Shown here: positions 60,024 to 64,000 of the stretch, piece by piece
How the letters are laid out: each line of letters opens with the position of its first letter
Position numbering within the stretch: the stretch's first letter is position 1
Source: Amphiscolops sp. MND2022
Taxonomy: Eukaryota
Direction: 5' to 3'
DNA: 64,000 nucleotides
NCBI GenBank assembly: GCA_964187785.1
Contig: OZ076417.1
Span: forward strand, 10,106,001 to 10,170,000
The notes under the pieces: generated by a model
The model's database searches: none
What the model saw: only the letters and a program-made list of their open reading frames with translations
Told to the model about the DNA's origin: nothing
Program-made: the position numbers and the translations under genes

Positions 60024-60477
60024 TGTAATGCCATGAAGCATGTCCTCAAGTATTTTCATAACCTTGAAATATATCTAACCTCGTGATCTAAAAACTTGAC
60101 AGACGTCACATGATTTAGAAGTTGATACTTCAATATTAGACAGCTGACGACGTTTCGTGACTTTTTCATTATAGATCTAATCTCATTGATGTCATCTTAG
60201 ATAGATTTGAATTATACCTAATCTTAGTAATCAATGAAGTTATTATTGTAACTAACCCATCAGAAGAAAATCTCCAATCTTGTATTCCAGAAGACTTCTC
60301 ATCCAAGAGAGAAAGACAGTGAATCTGACATCTCAGTCCTCTAGCTAACTAGTTAAAGTTAAAGTTGAAATAGATAAAGAGTTAACTCAAAGAAGGACGA
60401 CTTTGTTTAGGACTTATGAACTTCTTATGTATCCATTGAAAGATCTAAAAAACATAATCCTAGTTCTAATCAGCTCA
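60024..60477 (+). repeat. 3' LTR of copy C (454 bp; 45-bp indel at 60355-60399 relative to the 5' LTR)
   Basis: TGTAATGCC...CAGCTCA followed by TSD CTTG. Confidence 0.92.
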
Positions 60478-60481
60478 CTTG

Positions 60482-60906
60482 ATAAGTATATACTCAGTGT
60501 TAACTAATATCTCCCAAAGACGATAGGTGTTCTCTCAGTCCAGTACTTGTGATAGAAAGAATGAAAGTTTGATCAAGAAACTTAGCTGAGTATAAAAGAG
60601 ATCTCATACCCGAAGTTAGACAGCAGTTCTTGCTTCAGACTAAAATAACTTCTTATGAAGATACCACAAAGTCTTAGCAGTACAACTTTCATTATAAAAG
60701 TATTATATTATAATTATCTATTATCTACTTCATAATACTTTGGTTATACTTAATGACATTTCATTATTGATGTAGTTATTGATGTAATCACTGTAGTTAA
60801 CTTGAGCTCCTCACTCAGCAGTTTCTCTCAGTATAGCACTTTATGGAAGACCTAACTGGAGTACACTAATGAAGAAAGAAAAGATCCATCTAGAGTCTAA
60901 GAAACA
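60482..60906 (+). repeat. Probable remainder of the 3' LTR of copy B
   Basis: Follows the TSD, has LTR-like composition, a TATAAAA at ~60593, and a candidate end ...taagaaaCA. The end cannot be confirmed because B has no 5' LTR. Confidence 0.5.
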
Positions 60907-61165
60907 TTTTTGCTTGAAGTTTGGAAACTTCCTATATGCGTCTAAGCATCTTTGAAAATAGAATCTTAACAGAACCACTCAAAATTTTATGCAGCACAGT
61001 TCTCGGGGTTCCACGCCGTTAGAACATATAAACATTCAATAATAACCAATTTGACCCCACATATCAACATCCGGATTTTTTTTAAAAAAACAGTGGGAAT
61101 ATTTACAAAGGTGTAAAATATTGACCTAGTGACACCGACAAAAAATGGAAGAAAAACAAACAAAC

Positions 61166-61505
61166 TTTCGTAGCAAAAGAAGTTCAACTCACTTATGTAC
61201 AACAGATTTGCATCCTTTCGAAGTAGTTTCTCGTCACCGGTCAGCTGTCTACCTTCCGCGTGAAAACATTCACACTTCCCGGAAGATCTAGAGAACGCTA
61301 GGGTGTTGAAGTATGATCGCTTCTTCGAATTTTTGTTACACAATCTACCACATAGGATTTCACACTCAGTGAAAAATACTGATGGTTCGCTCAATACATC
61401 TTTGTTGAAAGATGGTAAATCTTTTGTGAATTTGAATATGTTCTTCCAACTGTGGAGAAAAGTTGGGAAAAGGTTGAACGAAATCAACAATAATGCAACT
61501 TTCAT
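61166..61505 (-). CDS. Probable first coding exon of a host secreted protein with a Cys-rich PAN/apple-like region
   Basis: MKVALLLISFNLFPTFLHS (signal-peptide-like); TECEILCGRLC...FSRSSGKCECF. Donor-like GTTTGT at 61165, after which the frame becomes intron-like. Confidence 0.5.
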
Positions 61506-62675
61506 GTCTTGAATTTAAACGCTAAGTGTTTTTTTTGTTTTGTCTGAACTTGGAACAAAAGCTTAGACACGTCTGAGGAATTGCTAAACTTTAATCAAGG
61601 GGAGCAGCTCACTTTGCAGACGGGTCTCTAAGCCAACCAAATAAATTTTCAACATGTGATTAAATTCATTCTCAAATTTGATTGGACAAAGACACGTTCC
61701 AAATATATGCGGAGACATTCTACACTATCGGCATACATTTGGAATGTGTCTTTGTCCAATCAAATTGGAGAATAAATTTAATAATTGGAGAATGAATTTT
61801 TTTGTGCGGCTTAGTGAACCGGTCTGCATTGTGAACCGTCGGCACTCTGCACCGCCCCCTAATCAACAATCAGAGAAAAGAAGCAGATTGCATTCATTTC
61901 AGCATAGCTTTCTCAATATTCATATTTGCGAAACCAAATCTTGTTCGAATGTTGACACCTACAACCGGCGGAAATGCTCAAAATGATTCCAGTTATGCTA
62001 CAAACGTTTCTCGTCCATGGTTTTGTAATGTGCACATTTTTTCCGGTAGGAAAAGAATTATGGAGTCGTTTTTCAAGAAAAACCATTTTTACTAGTTTTA
62101 TGAAAAGAAAAAAGGATTCTCGAATTGAAGTTCATTGAAAATTCAAGAAAAAACAATTTGAAAATAGAAGTTGACAAAAAAAAATAATTACGGTCTCAAA
62201 ACAATTCTGTGTGCTGTTTTTCTTTCACTAGCCCGTTATATTCAAGCAAACAAAACAGGTACAGTGGTACAGCTAAGGTAATTGAAGGAACTCACATCGC
62301 ATTTTTATGTAGTTGCAAAATAAAAATAGAAGGCTGATGAAAAAACACACGCAAAGACAGGCACAAAAGTGTCAAATTGTTCATTGAAACTTGAATATAA
62401 AATATGACAGAAAAAGGTCATCATGTCGTCCCGATTTGATCCCTTAGTCGAAACTACTTGAAATTTTTACATGCCACATGGAAGCATACAGTGAAACTTT
62501 GTGAGAAACAGAAAATTCAAAGATGCGTGATTGAAAAATTCTTGCCAAGCTTTTCTAAAGCTTAAAACAGGTTTAAATAGGGTCAAATTATTGGTACAGA
62601 TTTGTGGTTCTGATATCTAGTTATTTCCATCTTTTTAATTTGGTTGATGATCTGATTACAAAAGGAGTCAAAATC

Positions 62676-63576
62676 TGTAACGTCCACCAGCTTTCCGACT
62701 CTAACGTCCCGTTCCCGAAGAGCACAAAAAAGTTGAAGAAAGAATAGCACAAAAAAACAAGAACACCCCCAATACACACTCTCGAACGTAAAGAGACACC
62801 CCGTACATACTCTGGATCCTGGAAAACGCTCTGAGCCAGTGATATCAGCAGATAACACACTTGGAAATGCCAAAATTGTCGTCTATTGTTATCAAAAAAC
62901 ATTTCAGCATGTTCAATATCCAGTATGGAGTATTTTGAAGACCAAAATCTCTGTCAGGCTTCAATTTCATGTTTTATATGTATAATTGCATTCAGTTATT
63001 CAGTCTTTCAGGTTTTTGGATATTTTTGATCCAAATTATATACCCAACATACACCAGGTGTTTCAGATGCAAATACACTCAAAGAAGTATTTTAGCTAAT
63101 TGCAGTAATTGGAAGTAATCGAAAGGGAGTCTCCTCAAGTGCCCTAGACATACGTTTTAGCGTGGTTGGGAGTTTTAGCGTCTCTGGAGTTTTTCGGTCA
63201 AAAACTGGTGATTGGGCTTTTCCAAAGGTTATGGTCTCCTGTTAAGGTTAACTAAACATTGTCTCAGCTCTGATGTGTGCTCTTTTGTCTGGACGTTACA
63301 TCTAGAATTGTCTATATGGTGACCACAAGGGGATCTTTCTCATTGGTTTAGTTAAAATTGGAGTTTTTCCTGCTTTCCAACCGTGCAAAGACTGGATCTA
63401 TGAGAAACATTTGGATAGTCCTAGATTGTTTCTACTATTTGCTCTTAAAGCTGCCTCTAGTAGAATACTTGTTTTCCGAAGGTTTGCGAAAATACGATAG
63501 ACGTTTTACAGAAGTGTGCATTTTTGGCTATTTTGATACCTGTTGGAATTTACCATCCGGTTGTAACGTCCACCAG
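62676..63576. repeat. Three copies of TGTAACGTCCA (62676 +, 63290-63300 -, 63562 +), resembling LTR termini
   Basis: 15-bp identity tgtaacgtccaccag at 62676 and 63562; inverted copy tggacgttaca ending at 63300. No matching TSD found. Confidence 0.4.
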
Positions 63577-64000
63577 TCGACACCAAAAATTCGATCAAGG
63601 ACCAAAAAGTGTGCGAATCAAAATGGCCGACCTAGCAGGTCGTTGAAATCGAAAAAGAACAGAGAACGCAAAAAAGAGACCCGCACAAGACGAAGAGGAC
63701 AAGAGACGACACACCAATAGAGAGACAAATAGTGAGACTCGGAATTGTGCCATCTCACTCGAAAATTGCAAGTTCTTTACGACGAAATGGCCCGGGATCT
63801 AGATATCCTATATTCGAAGAAAAACTGGAGAATTGTGGAATCAATGAGAGAACGTTGGAAATGTCGATTTTGATTGATTATCATATTATTATTGTTCATT
63901 TGCAGATTTATGGCAATGCAGGATCTGCTAGATCCTTGTGCTGGTACTTTTGAAGGTTATTTTCATAATAGAATGCTTTCGGACTAAAACCCTGTTTTCG

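Larger units (their letters stand above)
42678..60477 (+). mobile_element. Copy C: full-length 17,800-bp env-bearing Ty3/Gypsy (errantivirus-like) element; ORFs decayed
   Basis: TG...CA LTR pair, PBS, 4-bp TSD CTTG (42674-42677 and 60478-60481). Gene order ORF0-gag-PR-RT-RH-IN-ORFX-env-ORFY-ORFZ. Confidence 0.92.
16900..60906 (+). mobile_element. Copy B: 5'-truncated, internally deleted env-bearing Gypsy element hosting two nested insertions. Own sequence ~16900-22204, 35959-42677, 60478-60906.
   Basis: Collinear with copy C for ORF0, gag 5', RNase H, integrase, env, ORF-Y and ORF-Z. No 5' LTR or PBS found. Capsid, protease and RT (~3.5 kb of copy C) are missing at ~18720, and most of ORF-X is missing at ~21350. 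Confidence 0.85.

Noticed and set aside
60987-61165. C-terminal part of the 172-aa minus-strand ORF
   Set aside because: Follows a donor-like GTTTGT and is T-rich with a long A/T run; most likely intron read-through.
62240-63960. Candidate small plus-strand exons (~62260-62290, ~63906-63950) and ORF 63358-63720
   Set aside because: AG/GT-bounded segments exist, but there is no recognisable protein or consistent gene model.

Overview
Eukaryotic, AT-rich, almost entirely transposon-derived window with one 200-N scaffold gap; probably an invertebrate, species not determined. Three things dominate. (1) A lineage of large Ty3/Gypsy LTR retroelements with an env gene resembling chuvirus G / herpes gB (class III) glycoproteins and several conserved accessory ORFs. 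It occurs as three diverged, same-strand copies: A ~1.1-6.2 kb (fragment); B ~16.9-60.9 kb (5'-truncated, internally deleted); C 42678-60477 (full length, 17.8 kb, both LTRs, PBS, 4-bp TSD CTTG). (2) A nearly intact 13.75-kb Polinton/Maverick (adintovirus-like) element at 22205-35958 with TIRs and 6-bp TSD ACTATC, inserted in the env gene of copy B. It encodes pPolB, adenain protease, major and minor capsid proteins, integrase, packaging ATPase, a PLA2-like protein and a possible HUH-fold protein. (3) Copy C is itself inserted in the 3' LTR of copy B, giving a nested stack. Also present: an unrelated Gypsy gag-PR-RT fragment, a CR1/L2-type LINE relic, an unclassified decayed element with divergent ORFs (9.9-15.6 kb) and a probable first exon of a host secreted-protein gene (minus strand, ~61.2-61.5 kb). 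All family assignments come from motif recognition and by-eye alignment, not database searches.
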